Shown: positions 12,297 through 22,505, numbered from the stretch's first letter. The stretch: 64,000 bases of DNA from Pelagomonas calceolata (GCA_918797485.1 CAKKNE010000005.1:992001-1056000), one strand, 5' to 3'. Program-made: numbers and translations. The notes: generated by a model not told the origin, from the letters alone.

Positions 12297-12554
12297 GAAC
12301 CGGCTTCGAACATATTCGTCCGCGGAGGTGTCTTCAGGAGAGCCGTCCGAAGCGTCAATGGCGTGGGCGAACGGCGGCCGGGCAGCAGACCGCGAGACTT
12401 GAGAGCGCTGCACAACACAAGGGAGAGCGTGCTGCGCAACGCGACCAAAGGCTGCCGCGCAAGAGCCGGCCATCTCCTGCAGCAGCGCGCCGGCGTCGCG
12501 CGTGGCCCGTGGCCCGAACGCTGCCCCGTAGCGCGCGGGCCCAGACGCTGCCCC

Positions 12555-14492
12555 ATGGGCAAGGGAGGGCAAGTCGCGCCGGCGGCGCCCGAGGCGGCGG
12601 CGCCGCCCGGCTTCGACCCGACCCTCGTCGGCGCCTTCGCGAACGCGTGCCCCGGCTGCGCGGATGCGGCATGCTGTGCACCCCCCACAGCGACGCCCCC
12701 GGGCAGCCCCGAGGAGGGCGGCACCCCTGCGACGCCGCCGAGCAGCGCCGAGGCGAGGACGCCCGCATCGACGCCGCCGGGCAGCCCCGCCGAGGAACAG
12801 CAAAAAAAGCCGCGGTACGACAAGAGCCTCAAGGTCACGACCGACGCCCCGGGAGGCAGAGGCGACCCCGCGGATCCCACAAACACCGAGAATGAATACA
12901 AGCGATGTCTGAATGGCCTCACGGAGGCGTGTTTGAGAGGCGACGGCGCCTCGCAGTTACTCACGCCAAACTTCACATACAGTGTACCCGTCAACAAGCT
13001 CGCCAAGCAGCTTACGAATGCCATGCACTCCATCCGAGACGATCATGTGGAGGAAGCCAAGTCCATACTGGACGCGGCCCTTGAGAGTGTCGGAGGCGCC
13101 GCGGAAGTGTTTGAGAGAAAGGTCTACGGCGAGGACGTCGACCAGGCGACCGCTGAAAAACATATTGTGGACTTTGTGACACAACACAAGCTCCAGGACA
13201 AGCTCTGGGTGCGGTTCACGCCGAACCGCGTGTCCTGTGTTGGGAGTCTGCAGCGCTCGCGACGGAACTCGCAGGACCATCCCGAGGTCCGACATACGCT
13301 ATTTGTCAGTACGGCAAACAAACTAAGGAAACACGAGCTGAGACAGTTCGTGGCCCACGAGATAGGCACGCACCTACTACGAGTGGTGAACGACGAGATC
13401 CAGCCGTGGCGCGGCTCTTCCGGGAGAAAAAAATTTAATCTGCACTCGCATTCGACGCGAGAGTTCCGGGAGACGGAGGAAGGTTTAGCTACCATCAATA
13501 CTGTGTTGCATAGTGGTGGAGGTCCGAAGTCGAGGTATTTGTTTCGGGAGGCTTTATTATATTACGCGTGCGCCAAGGCTGCTACGCTGAACTTCGTCGA
13601 GTTGTTTGCGGAGCTCGCCCCGTACATGCCCTCTCCAAAAAGGCGTTTTGGGTTGGTCACTCGTATCAAGCGCGGGCTGCTGGACCAGTCGCTACCCGGC
13701 GGCTCCGGGAAAGCCCAGGTCTACTTCGAAGGTGCCCTCACGATTCTTCGAAGGGACTTCGACACGGATGACCTACGACTGCTCTATGCGGGGCGGCTGA
13801 TGCTGTCGGAGATGGATCGCGTGCGGCGATTGGCGCACACGTCGTTTATCACGCTGCCTAGCTTCGCGGCCGACCTCGAGGCGTACCGGAAAGATTTGAG
13901 GGCCATGGCTCTGCTGAACGGGCTCGTGGCGCCGCCTCGGAAGCCTTCACTGAAGGCCGTGGCGTCCGTTGCCCTCGCGGTGGCGACTGTCTCTCCTACG
14001 CCGCCGCCGCGCCGGCCGACGCCGCCCGCCACCACCGCCGCCGCGCCTAAGCGCGCCAAGGGGGCGGCGGCGGAGGCGCTGGCCACGTCGAAGCTCTTCC
14101 ACAAGTTCCTGGCGGCGAAGAAGCGGAAGAAGCGTTCCCCGCGGAAGGCGGCGAAGCCGGCCAAGGCATCGCCGCCGACGCCTCCCGCCGCGGCGACGCC
14201 AAAGGGCAGTCGCAAGCCAAAGCCGGCGCCTGCCCCGCCCCCGCCGCGCGCGCCGAAGCTGCCCGCGGTCGCTTCGCCGAAGCCGCGGCCGGCGCCTGTG
14301 CGAGCGCCCACCGCCGCCCGGGCGACGACCACGCTGCCGACGCCGTCGACGCCTCCCGCGGCACCACCAAAGCCGGCGGCGCCCCGCATCACGACCGACC
14401 ACTGGTCGAAGGCGCAGCGGTTGCACGCCAAGCACCAGGCGCGGCAGGTCGCTGTGTTGGCGACGACTGTCGTAGAGCTCACGCTCCCTTAA
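12555..14492 (+). CDS. MATCAP/KIAA0895-like (DUF1704) metallo-carboxypeptidase
   Basis: AHEIGTHLLRVVND (HExxxH), TEEGLATIN, RIKRGL.D....G..KAQVYFEG; Pro/Lys-rich tail. Confidence 0.8.
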   Translation: MGKGGQVAPAAPEAAAPPGFDPTLVGAFANACPGCADAACCAPPTATPPGSPEEGGTPATPPSSAEARTPASTPPGSPAEEQQKKPRYDKSLKVTTDAPGGRGDPADPTNTENEYKRCLNGLTEACLRGDGASQLLTPNFTYSVPVNKLAKQLTNAMHSIRDDHVEEAKSILDAALESVGGAAEVFERKVYGEDVDQATAEKHIVDFVTQHKLQDKLWVRFTPNRVSCVGSLQRSRRNSQDHPEVRHTLFVSTANKLRKHELRQFVAHEIGTHLLRVVNDEIQPWRGSSGRKKFNLHSHSTREFRETEEGLATINTVLHSGGGPKSRYLFREALLYYACAKAATLNFVELFAELAPYMPSPKRRFGLVTRIKRGLLDQSLPGGSGKAQVYFEGALTILRRDFDTDDLRLLYAGRLMLSEMDRVRRLAHTSFITLPSFAADLEAYRKDLRAMALLNGLVAPPRKPSLKAVASVALAVATVSPTPPPRRPTPPATTAAAPKRAKGAAAEALATSKLFHKFLAAKKRKKRSPRKAAKPAKASPPTPPAAATPKGSRKPKPAPAPPPPRAPKLPAVASPKPRPAPVRAPTAARATTTLPTPSTPPAAPPKPAAPRITTDHWSKAQRLHAKHQARQVAVLATTVVELTLP

Positions 14493-14498
14493 CCGGAC

Positions 14499-14586
14499 GT
14501 GCGCGCGCCGCGGCGATGGCGTGTTGGATACACCGCTCATACGCCATCGACGCGACGCATCACTCACCGCCCGGGCCCGCGCGCAG
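14499..14586 (+). mobile_element. Intron-like repeat (putative 3'UTR introner) just after the MATCAP-like stop codon
   Basis: Begins GTGCGC and ends CGCAG. Carries CGCGGCGATGGCGT and ACGCCATCGACGCG. Its 3' end (CACTCACCGCCCG...CGCGCAG) closely matches intron 2296-2371. Confidence 0.55.
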
Positions 14587-14636
14587 CGGCGATGGCCGTC
14601 GTGGCACTACCCTGTAACTATGATGTGTATGTTAAC

Positions 14637-16061
14637 TTACTTCTCGGCGTCGAGCTCGTCCATGACCTGGCCCGCGAGACCCTCCGGTCGTTCCCCCATC
14701 TCGTACAACTCCTCCCCCTCATCATAAGGCGGAGGAGGATCGGACGCATCCCCACCATCCAGCTGCATGCACGCCAGCAGCGCCCCGAGCGCGGCCTTGT
14801 CGTCCCAAGACAACTCGCCGACGTTCTCGTAGCCCGTCGCCTCATAAACATCAGGAGGAATATCTGTCGTTTCACTATCACAAACGACGCGGACCTCGCC
14901 CGTAGCTTTACCTTCTTCGCGCAATTCATAGGCGACAGACTCCTCATCACCGACCGCAAACAACTCGCACCCTTCCTTGCCGTCGGGGAAGCCGACGATC
15001 TTCTCGGTAACATGCATATCATCATCAAAGTCGGCACCCGGCCTTCTTCTTCTTGTAGCTCCAGGCGGCGCCGTCCACATGGCGAAGGCGTGGGACCGGC
15101 GGTAGGGCTGGGCGAAGGAGTTCCGGAAGGGGTCGACGTAGCCCGACGGCTTCCACTTGTCGTATTGCGGGAGCGAGCCGAGCATCGACGACGGCGTCTT
15201 CGCGCGTCGCGCCATCTGTCTCGTACGTACGTCTCTAGGTGCTGTTTTTTGCGAGAGGTGCACAAAGTCGTTCTGCAGGCGCTTTGGGAGTTGTCTAGAC
15301 TGCAAATACGCGGACCGGTCCCGCCGGAAGTCGTAGGACGACGCCGTCGTCGGTCGCAAGGCCGGATGCAGCATGGCTAGGACTTTCATGGGATTGGGTA
15401 AGGCTTCATCTAATCCACCAATATTGGACATCATGTTCAGTTCCACGCTCTCGCCCGGCAGGAAGCCGTCCGTCCGGAAGCCGCTCCAGTGCCCAGGTTG
15501 TTTTGTGGACGTCGTCGGTCGCTTGCCCGGTCGGAGCGGTTCCAGCGGTGCTTGCTCGGTGGCGCCCCGCAGTAGAGCTCGTCGCGACGAGATGGACCTA
15601 TTTTTTTGGTTCCGGTCGGACGCCGTCGAAGGTCGTGGCGCGTTCTTCCGCGACCGTCGAGGGCGTTGTCTATACGAGCCTTTCGAGGGCAGCTTCATGC
15701 GCATCAACCGGTCCAGGTTGATTTTGGCGGCAGAGACTTTCGGATTCGCGGCGACGACGGCCCGGAACGCGCTCTCGGCGCCCTTCAGGTCACCCCGGGC
15801 CCGCCACAGGAGTAACCCCAAAGCGTTTCCGGCGTCGGGGTCGTCCGGATTTAACTGTAGAGCTTGGCGGTAGCAATCTTCCGACCCGCGCACGTCATGC
15901 GTGGCTCCTAAGCATTTACCTAAGGCGAGAAACGCCGACGCGTCGCTCGGGTCCGCCTCGATGGCCTGTCGCAGCTCCGGCTCGGCCTCCATGTAGCGGC
16001 CCTGCTCCATGAGCGCGTCGGCGGCTAGCACTAAGGCGGCGGAGTTGGCGACCTCGGCCAT
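14637..16061 (-). CDS. TPR protein with uncharacterised C-terminal domain
   Basis: Three TPRs (AEPELRQAIEADPSDASAFLALG...). The C-terminal ~125 aa are paralogous to the neighbouring gene at 16725. Confidence 0.8.
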   Translation of the reverse strand: MAEVANSAALVLAADALMEQGRYMEAEPELRQAIEADPSDASAFLALGKCLGATHDVRGSEDCYRQALQLNPDDPDAGNALGLLLWRARGDLKGAESAFRAVVAANPKVSAAKINLDRLMRMKLPSKGSYRQRPRRSRKNAPRPSTASDRNQKNRSISSRRALLRGATEQAPLEPLRPGKRPTTSTKQPGHWSGFRTDGFLPGESVELNMMSNIGGLDEALPNPMKVLAMLHPALRPTTASSYDFRRDRSAYLQSRQLPKRLQNDFVHLSQKTAPRDVRTRQMARRAKTPSSMLGSLPQYDKWKPSGYVDPFRNSFAQPYRRSHAFAMWTAPPGATRRRRPGADFDDDMHVTEKIVGFPDGKEGCELFAVGDEESVAYELREEGKATGEVRVVCDSETTDIPPDVYEATGYENVGELSWDDKAALGALLACMQLDGGDASDPPPPYDEGEELYEMGERPEGLAGQVMDELDAEK

Positions 16062-16724
16062 AATTGATGGGCGCGTCGCGTGTAGCGCGCGGCGCCTCGG
16101 GCTGGCTTACTGTTGCGGCCGGTGCGGCGGCGCGCGACCTTGCGCGGCGGCTGTTGTGGTGTTCGGGCTGCCCCGTGACACTACCTGGCTGCCTCCGCGG
16201 CGCGCGGTGGTCTCGCGTCGGTGTTTAGCGTCCTTTTGCCAGGGAGAGCCTGGCGCTGAAATGAGTTTTGGGCTCCTGCGGCGACGGACCCAGGCGTCCC
16301 AAAGGCCTCCCGGGACACCTCTTAGCCCTCCGGTCGCGTGGTATTGGGAAGGAGCGCCGCGCTAGTTCAAATGCGCTCTCAAAATGTATCTAGATGTAAC
16401 GCCCGGCGCTCTCGGACGGGGGGGAAAGCAGCCCTTATTGCTTGGGGTTCGGACGCGGCTGCCGATCTGACCCCATCACGGTGACCTCCGGTGGGGCGGC
16501 TGCTGCAGGGCGGAAAAGCGCGGCGCGCGGCGACGCCCCGGCGCCGCATTCTCCGGAAACAGCCAGGGCGCACGCGCGGCCGGGAGCGGCGCGTTTGAGC
16601 GCGACGCCCGGCCCGCGCGCGCTGCGGCACTCGCTAGTGACGCAGAAAGTCTCATCTTGACCAGCGGTCGCTCGGATATAGCCTGCAGCGCTCCGCGCGC
16701 GGCGCCGGCGACGCTCCGTCAAAG

Positions 16725-17477
16725 ATGAAGGTCAAGGGCCACCCCTACGGCCCGCCGGCGGACATGGACCCGGAGACGGCCATCTGCATGCGCAAGATCT
16801 TCGAGGCGCTCGAGGATGCTAGACTAAGGCTCGACTCCGACACCTCAAATCTCGAACATCTAAGGGCAGCAAAACAAAAGGAGCGGAACGAGCTCATGAA
16901 GTCCGGCGTGACCGTGTACGACGGGCCCTTCGAGGTCGACGAGGCCATGCTGCTCCGACCGGAGTTCGTCGTCCGACACTTACTAACGACGGCCGACATT
17001 CCCGAGCCGGAAACGATCGACACGACGACAAAGAAGAAGAAGACGACCAAGAAGAAGAAGAAAAAGAAGAAGAAGCGCAAGAAGAAGAAGGAGAAGGACC
17101 CGGACGTCCAGGAGAAGGTCATCGGCTTTCCGGACGGCAAGGAGGGCTGCGAGCTGTTCGTGGGCGAGAAGGCGTCGGCCTACGAACTTAGGGAGAAGGG
17201 CGAGGCCACGGGCGACGTGCGCGTCGTACTGGGCAAGATCACGACGGACGTGGCGACGGAGACCTACGAGAAGACGGGCTACGGGCCCGTCGACGACCTT
17301 GAATGGGACGAAAAGGCGGCGCTCGGCGCCTTACTCTGTAACCTCGCGGCGGACGAGGGCGTGAACATCCTGAACAAGCCGCCGCCGCCCTTCCCGGCGG
17401 GCGAGGCCGTGCATGACGTGCGACCAACGAGCGCGGAGGCGATCCGGATCCTGCAGGAGCTCGACGGGGAGGTATAG
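16725..17477 (+). CDS. Hypothetical protein with poly-Lys tract and the same C-terminal domain as 14637-16061
   Basis: EKVIGFPDGKEGCELF...AYELREKGEATGDVRVV...WDEKAALGALL. Confidence 0.8.
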   Translation: MKVKGHPYGPPADMDPETAICMRKIFEALEDARLRLDSDTSNLEHLRAAKQKERNELMKSGVTVYDGPFEVDEAMLLRPEFVVRHLLTTADIPEPETIDTTTKKKKTTKKKKKKKKKRKKKKEKDPDVQEKVIGFPDGKEGCELFVGEKASAYELREKGEATGDVRVVLGKITTDVATETYEKTGYGPVDDLEWDEKAALGALLCNLAADEGVNILNKPPPPFPAGEAVHDVRPTSAEAIRILQELDGEV

Positions 17478-17572
17478 CGGCCCCAAAACGGGAGTCGTGT
17501 TCGCGGCGGCGCGGCTCGTGCTTAAGAGAATTTAGTCGTACTATTACTCTCCCCTCGGCGCCGGCGCCGCGG

Positions 17573-20035
17573 TCACTTCTGATGCTCCTCGAGCAGCGCG
17601 ACGACGGCGGCTCGTTTCGCATGCTTTGCCAGAGCTAATGCATCCATGCCATGCCCGGGACCAGACGTCGCCGCCCGCGTGATATCGGCGCCCCGCCCTA
17701 ATAATAGCCGCGCCGCGTCGATGTGGCCTTCGTAGCAGGCGAACATAAGCGCCGTGTTACCATAGCTCTCTGTCATATCCATTTCCGCGCCCCGCTCCAA
17801 TAAAAGCCGCATCACATCAATGTGACTACCAAGCGCGGCGACCATCAACGACGTCACACCCTTCGCTGTATTCCAAGTTGACGTGCGGTCGACCTCGGCG
17901 CCGCGCTCCAGCAACAGCCGCGCGGCGTCGGCCTGGCCGACCTGACAAGCAATCCAGAGCGGCGTCTCGCCGTTCCCCATCGTCTGGTCAGTCGCGGCGC
18001 CGCCGTCCAGGAGTTGAGTCATCGCCTCGACGTTGCCGGTCCTTGCTGCAGCGTGAAGTGGGAATTTCGAATCCAAGTGTTCCTCGAGCAGCGCGACGAC
18101 GGCCGAGTGGCCCTGTTGTTTTGCGATGGCCAGCGGCGTCGCGCCTTCATTCATCGCCCGATCGACCGCCGCGCTGTTGTCCAGCAACAGCCGCGCCGCG
18201 TCGACGTGGCCGTTCTGGCAGGCAGCGAACAGCGGTGTCGCACCTTGCTTCTCCGCCCGATCGACCTTCGCGCCGTTGTCTAACAACAGCCGCGCCGCGT
18301 CGACGTGGCCGGTCAGGCAGGCCATTAACAGCGGCGTCGCACTGTCCTCGTCCGCCTTATTAACGTCCGCGCCTTTATCTAATAACAGCCGCGCCGCGTC
18401 GACGCGGCCATACGTGCTAGCGAGATAGAGCGGCGTCCGACCGTCTTTTGTCGCCCGGTCGACCTCCGCGCCGTTGTCCAGCAACAGCCGCGCCGCGTCG
18501 ATTTGGCCGCTCTCGCAAGCCATGTACAACAGCGTCCTGCCGTCCTCGTCCGCCTGGTCAACCTTCTTCGCGCCGCGCTCCAGCAACAGCTGCGCCGCGT
18601 CGATGTGGCCTTTTTCGAAGGCGGCGTACAGCGGCGTCCGGCCGTCCTTGTCCCGATCGACCTCCGCCCCTTTGTCCAGCAACAGCTGCGCCGCGTCCAC
18701 ACTCCCGTTTTCACACGCATGATACAGAATTGTTTTACCATCTTCGCTTAACAGGACCGTCGCACGGGCTAGATCCCGAAACTTCTCGGGATGTGGCACC
18801 CCATTCTCGTCGGTGTACTTGTCCGCGAGCTTGCGCTCCGCGGATCCACGCCCTTTCACGCCCGGATCCGACACGTCGCCCGGCAGCGTCTTCAGCGCAT
18901 CGACCAATATCGTCTGCGCAAGAGCTGCGTCGGCGTACAGCTTGTCGAAGTCAGTCTCGTCTTGTATCAAGTCGAGACGTCGCTCCTTATACTTTTCGAG
19001 CTCGTGGATCCCAGCAACGCCGCGGACCGCCTCGTCGTACGCGCCCTTTGACCGGCGCAGCGGGTCCTCTAGATCTGCAAACGTGTCGAGATTCTTCAAG
19101 CCCGGGAACTTCGCCTCGACCTCGTGCCGCAGCGAGTCCATCGTCACCTCGAGCTCGACGTGCTCCTTCGCGAGTTCAGTCAGGTACGCCCTCACGTCCT
19201 GCCGGTTCCGCGCCTCGTCGACGCGCAGCTCCGACGGCGTGTAGCCGGACATGGCAGACTTGATCTGCGCCTCGTCGCGGCTGGTGACCACGAGTTTGAT
19301 CCACGGCGGCAGCGTCTTGAGCTCGGTCGCGAGCAGCAATAGCACGGGCTTGAGCGCGTCGCGGGGCAGCTCGTCGAGCGCATCTATGACTAATACGAGG
19401 GCGTCGTCCGCGCCACGCGGCGCCTTGACGCTTCGCAACGGCTTCGCTACTAAAGCCTCAAAGAGCTCGTCGACCTTGTCGCTTTCGACGCCCGCGCTCT
19501 CTTTCAGCGCGTCTTCGAAGCCCTCCACCGTCGCGCACAGCATGCCCGCGAGAGAGCGCAGCAGCGCCGTTGGCGCGGACCGCGCCGGCTCGGTGTGCTT
19601 ACAGAAATGCCACGCGGCCGCATTTTGTTTATCGAGCAGTCGCGCGAGCAATTCAGCCGCCGCCACGCTCTTGCCCGTGCCGCCGCCACCCACAACCCAA
19701 AAGAGCTTGGCGCTATCAGCGTCGGTCCGCCAGCGGAGCACCGCCTCGAAGACCCATTCGCGCGTGCCGGGCAGGTGCTGCCCGCGCTTCTCGTTCACGA
19801 TGGCCGAGAAATCCAGCGCCTCCGCAACGCTGGATCGGTCGATGCCGTGGAGCTTTTCGTAAAGCTCCTCGGAGATCGCGGCCTTGGACTCCTTCCAGCA
19901 TTGTATTGCTTCATCCCTGGAGATCTTGGCTTCCGCGAACTTCTCCTCCCACGCGGGCTGCCACCTGGCGCCCGCCAGCTCCTTGGCCTCGGCAAGCGAG
20001 ACCTCCGCCGGGAGAGATGATACACCGCCGCCCAT
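17573..20035 (-). CDS. NLR-like protein: NACHT NTPase + ankyrin repeats
   Basis: PGTREWVF, Walker A GGGGTGKS, WHFC, Walker B LVIDALDE, VVTSR; about 11 ankyrin repeats; N-terminal MGGGVS myristoylation motif. Confidence 0.85.
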   Translation of the reverse strand: MGGGVSSLPAEVSLAEAKELAGARWQPAWEEKFAEAKISRDEAIQCWKESKAAISEELYEKLHGIDRSSVAEALDFSAIVNEKRGQHLPGTREWVFEAVLRWRTDADSAKLFWVVGGGGTGKSVAAAELLARLLDKQNAAAWHFCKHTEPARSAPTALLRSLAGMLCATVEGFEDALKESAGVESDKVDELFEALVAKPLRSVKAPRGADDALVLVIDALDELPRDALKPVLLLLATELKTLPPWIKLVVTSRDEAQIKSAMSGYTPSELRVDEARNRQDVRAYLTELAKEHVELEVTMDSLRHEVEAKFPGLKNLDTFADLEDPLRRSKGAYDEAVRGVAGIHELEKYKERRLDLIQDETDFDKLYADAALAQTILVDALKTLPGDVSDPGVKGRGSAERKLADKYTDENGVPHPEKFRDLARATVLLSEDGKTILYHACENGSVDAAQLLLDKGAEVDRDKDGRTPLYAAFEKGHIDAAQLLLERGAKKVDQADEDGRTLLYMACESGQIDAARLLLDNGAEVDRATKDGRTPLYLASTYGRVDAARLLLDKGADVNKADEDSATPLLMACLTGHVDAARLLLDNGAKVDRAEKQGATPLFAACQNGHVDAARLLLDNSAAVDRAMNEGATPLAIAKQQGHSAVVALLEEHLDSKFPLHAAARTGNVEAMTQLLDGGAATDQTMGNGETPLWIACQVGQADAARLLLERGAEVDRTSTWNTAKGVTSLMVAALGSHIDVMRLLLERGAEMDMTESYGNTALMFACYEGHIDAARLLLGRGADITRAATSGPGHGMDALALAKHAKRAAVVALLEEHQK
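17690..18745 (-). repeat. Ankyrin repeat array (~99-bp units)
   Basis: Recurrent CAACAGCCGCGCCGCGTCGA(C/T)GTGGCC at ~99-bp spacing. Confidence 0.85.
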
Positions 20036-20261
20036 TTTGGTGCTGCCTGTAAGGGCTGCCTCTCAATTCAGCTGGAGGCTGCCTATCCTTCACTGGATGG
20101 AGGCTCTGGGAATTGCAATGCAAGCTGTCCCCACTCAGGCGCTGGGCACGGGTCGAGACCCTCATTAAACCTTAGCATAAGCCCACTAGTCCTCGCCAAA
20201 ATAGATAAGAGGCCCGGCCCGCTGGTCGTGAGCAGGCGTCCGTGCTTAGAGATGTAGTTGA

Positions 20262-21095
20262 CTATTTATCGGGCGCCCCCTCCTCGCCTCCCAGCAACCT
20301 CTCCCCGAGCATCGCCTCCACGGCGGGGATCAGCTGCTGGCACATGGCGGCCTCGGCGACTGCGTCGCCGGCCGCCTGATCGAGGTTCGCGAGCATGTCC
20401 TTGCGCAAATCCTCCACCTTCGACACGTCAGATACCATCTCGAGGATCTTCGACTCGCGTTTCTGTAGTGACGCGAAAGCTTTCTCCGCGAAGCCTTCGT
20501 CGTCCAGCGCCGCCCGCAACGCCTTGACGCGTTGCGCGACGCCTTCGTGCAACTGTTTTCCTAGACTCGCCTCGAACTCGGCCAGCGTCTCCCGAAAAAT
20601 CTTCACATCAACATCGAGCGCCTGGGCGCACCGCTCGCAGAACGCGTCGTGCGTCTCGACGGATATCTTCTCGGCCTCGACGTAGGCGCCGCACTCCGTT
20701 GCGAGGAAGGCGACGCCGCGGGCGTAGGCATGCGCCGCGTCGCCGGGTTTGTAGTCCTCGGGCCGCTTCTTCTGGAGGTTCTGGAGCTTCACATCCATCC
20801 AGAGCACCGCGAGTTTCGACTCGTCGCGGTCCGGCTTGAGCGACTCGGCCTCGAACTCGTCGAGCGCCTCGCACTCGCCGCCCTCCTTCTTTAGTTGCGC
20901 GACTGCGGCCGCGTAGCGCTTCGAGGCCTTCGTCTCCTCGTCGTCGTCGTCGTCGTCCACTGGTTCGCCGCCGAAGAGGCCTTCGCCGTCGTCGTCGCTG
21001 CCGCCGCGCAGCGCTATGCTCCTCGCACGAGTCTCGTGCAGCGCCGACGCCGTCGTCGCGAGCGCGAGTGCAAGTAGCAGTCTTAGAGATGGCAT
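20262..21095 (-). CDS. Hypothetical signal-peptide-bearing helical protein
   Basis: 277-aa ORF with strong GC3 bias and signal peptide MPSLRLLLALALATTASA. Confidence 0.7.
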   Translation of the reverse strand: MPSLRLLLALALATTASALHETRARSIALRGGSDDDGEGLFGGEPVDDDDDDEETKASKRYAAAVAQLKKEGGECEALDEFEAESLKPDRDESKLAVLWMDVKLQNLQKKRPEDYKPGDAAHAYARGVAFLATECGAYVEAEKISVETHDAFCERCAQALDVDVKIFRETLAEFEASLGKQLHEGVAQRVKALRAALDDEGFAEKAFASLQKRESKILEMVSDVSKVEDLRKDMLANLDQAAGDAVAEAAMCQQLIPAVEAMLGERLLGGEEGAPDK

Positions 21096-21240
21096 GATTG
21101 GTGCACACGTAGCTCGTATTACTGCACGCTGACTTCACGCCTGCAAGAGCTCGCTTCGGAATGCTGCTTTTGATGGTCTGGCTGCACCGCGGGGGACCGC
21201 TTGTGGCTGCACTTGCAAGGCAAAAGCTTTCACAACTTAG

Positions 21241-21261
21241 CTAGGGCCTGTAAGACACTAG
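21241..21261 (+). promoter_or_regulatory. CTAG-bounded upstream motif
   Basis: CTAGGGCCTGTAAGACACTAG. Confidence 0.7.
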
Positions 21262-21448
21262 CAAGGACGCAAGCAGCCGTTTGAGTATCGTTCCTTCGCT
21301 ACTGGTCCAAAGAGATCAATTGGACACGTACAAATGGGAAAAACCGCGCCGCGCAGGAATCGCTCGTAGCCTCGACATAGGGGCGGTCCGGGGATTTATC
21401 TATACACACAAACTGTTAGTCTCAACCCGACGACGCAGCCCCCGGATG

Positions 21449-22171
21449 CTAGTCGCACGGCCCGTCCAACCCTAAATCGCCGGGCAGGCCCGCCCGCCGC
21501 CAGTCCGGGTGTTTTATGGGATACTCGACGTTGTGGCAGGCGACCATCGCGTCGTACTCCGGCGTCAACGGGTCGAAGAACGTCTGGAGGCGCCTAGGGC
21601 GCGCATCTAGCGGCGAGCCCATGGACATGCGTACGGCCTCGGCGACGCGCCATGATCCCAATCGCTCGCAGACGTCGCCGAACTGCCCAGGAACGTACTG
21701 GTCCAGCACATAATCGCGCAACCGCGCGTGCCGCGCCGGATCCAGATACGCGGAATGGAAGGCCCGGTCGATGAGTGACAATGCGAACGGTGAGGGTAAA
21801 CGTCTAGGGCCACTGGGGACGAACTGGAGCTCATTGGAACACGCCGTCGATAATCGCGACGCCAACCCTTCCGAGCCGTCTAATCTTCTACGGGGGTCCG
21901 GGAAGCGCAGGAAGCAGTCGGCGATGGCGCGCCAGTCGGCGAACCACTGCGCCTTGATACTGTTCTTCACGCGCCGACTGATCGGTAGGACGTACGACGT
22001 GGGAAATAAATTTTCGGGCGTGACGTAGAGCGGGTCCGTCGGGGTGGCGTAGCTGACGGCCTCTTCTTCTTGCGCTGCTATTCGGCGGGATCGCCGCGGC
22101 TTCACTGGTGGCGCCCAGGCCGTGCAGAGCTGCAGCAGGCTAGCTGCGAGAATCAATCGTCGTTTCGCCAT
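21449..22171 (-). CDS. Hypothetical, probably plastid-targeted protein
   Basis: Signal peptide ending CTA-WAP (ASAFAP-like); 240-aa ORF. Confidence 0.6.
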   Translation of the reverse strand: MAKRRLILAASLLQLCTAWAPPVKPRRSRRIAAQEEEAVSYATPTDPLYVTPENLFPTSYVLPISRRVKNSIKAQWFADWRAIADCFLRFPDPRRRLDGSEGLASRLSTACSNELQFVPSGPRRLPSPFALSLIDRAFHSAYLDPARHARLRDYVLDQYVPGQFGDVCERLGSWRVAEAVRMSMGSPLDARPRRLQTFFDPLTPEYDAMVACHNVEYPIKHPDWRRAGLPGDLGLDGPCD

Positions 22172-22263
22172 TGGTGCGCGGTGGAGGCCTCGGCGCTTCA
22201 ACGATGTGGCAATTTATCTTGCTCTGTGCGTCTCGCCCGAGCGCGGGAGTGAAGCGCCCAATG

Positions 22264-22285
22264 CTAGCGGCATGTAACACACTAG
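22264..22285 (+). promoter_or_regulatory. CTAG-bounded upstream motif
   Basis: CTAGCGGCATGTAACACACTAG, between divergent genes. Confidence 0.7.
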
Positions 22286-22505
22286 CAAGCGCGCTGTGCC
22301 ATTTTTGGACGCGTACGCAGCCTGTGGCAAGCATTCGTGCTCGTTCGTACGTCTGCATAAGCGCCTACATATCGCATCACTGCTGCGGCGCGCGTTAGCT
22401 GGGGTGAGCTGCTCGCTGCGTTTGCTGCTGCTCTGGCAAAGAGCCGTGCAAAGCCGGACGCCGGCGCATGCATTTGTAAATGCACCGCTAGCATCGCTGC
22501 GAACA

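Noticed and set aside
17031..17096. AAG microsatellite
   Set aside because: It is the in-frame poly-Lys tract of the 16725-17477 CDS.
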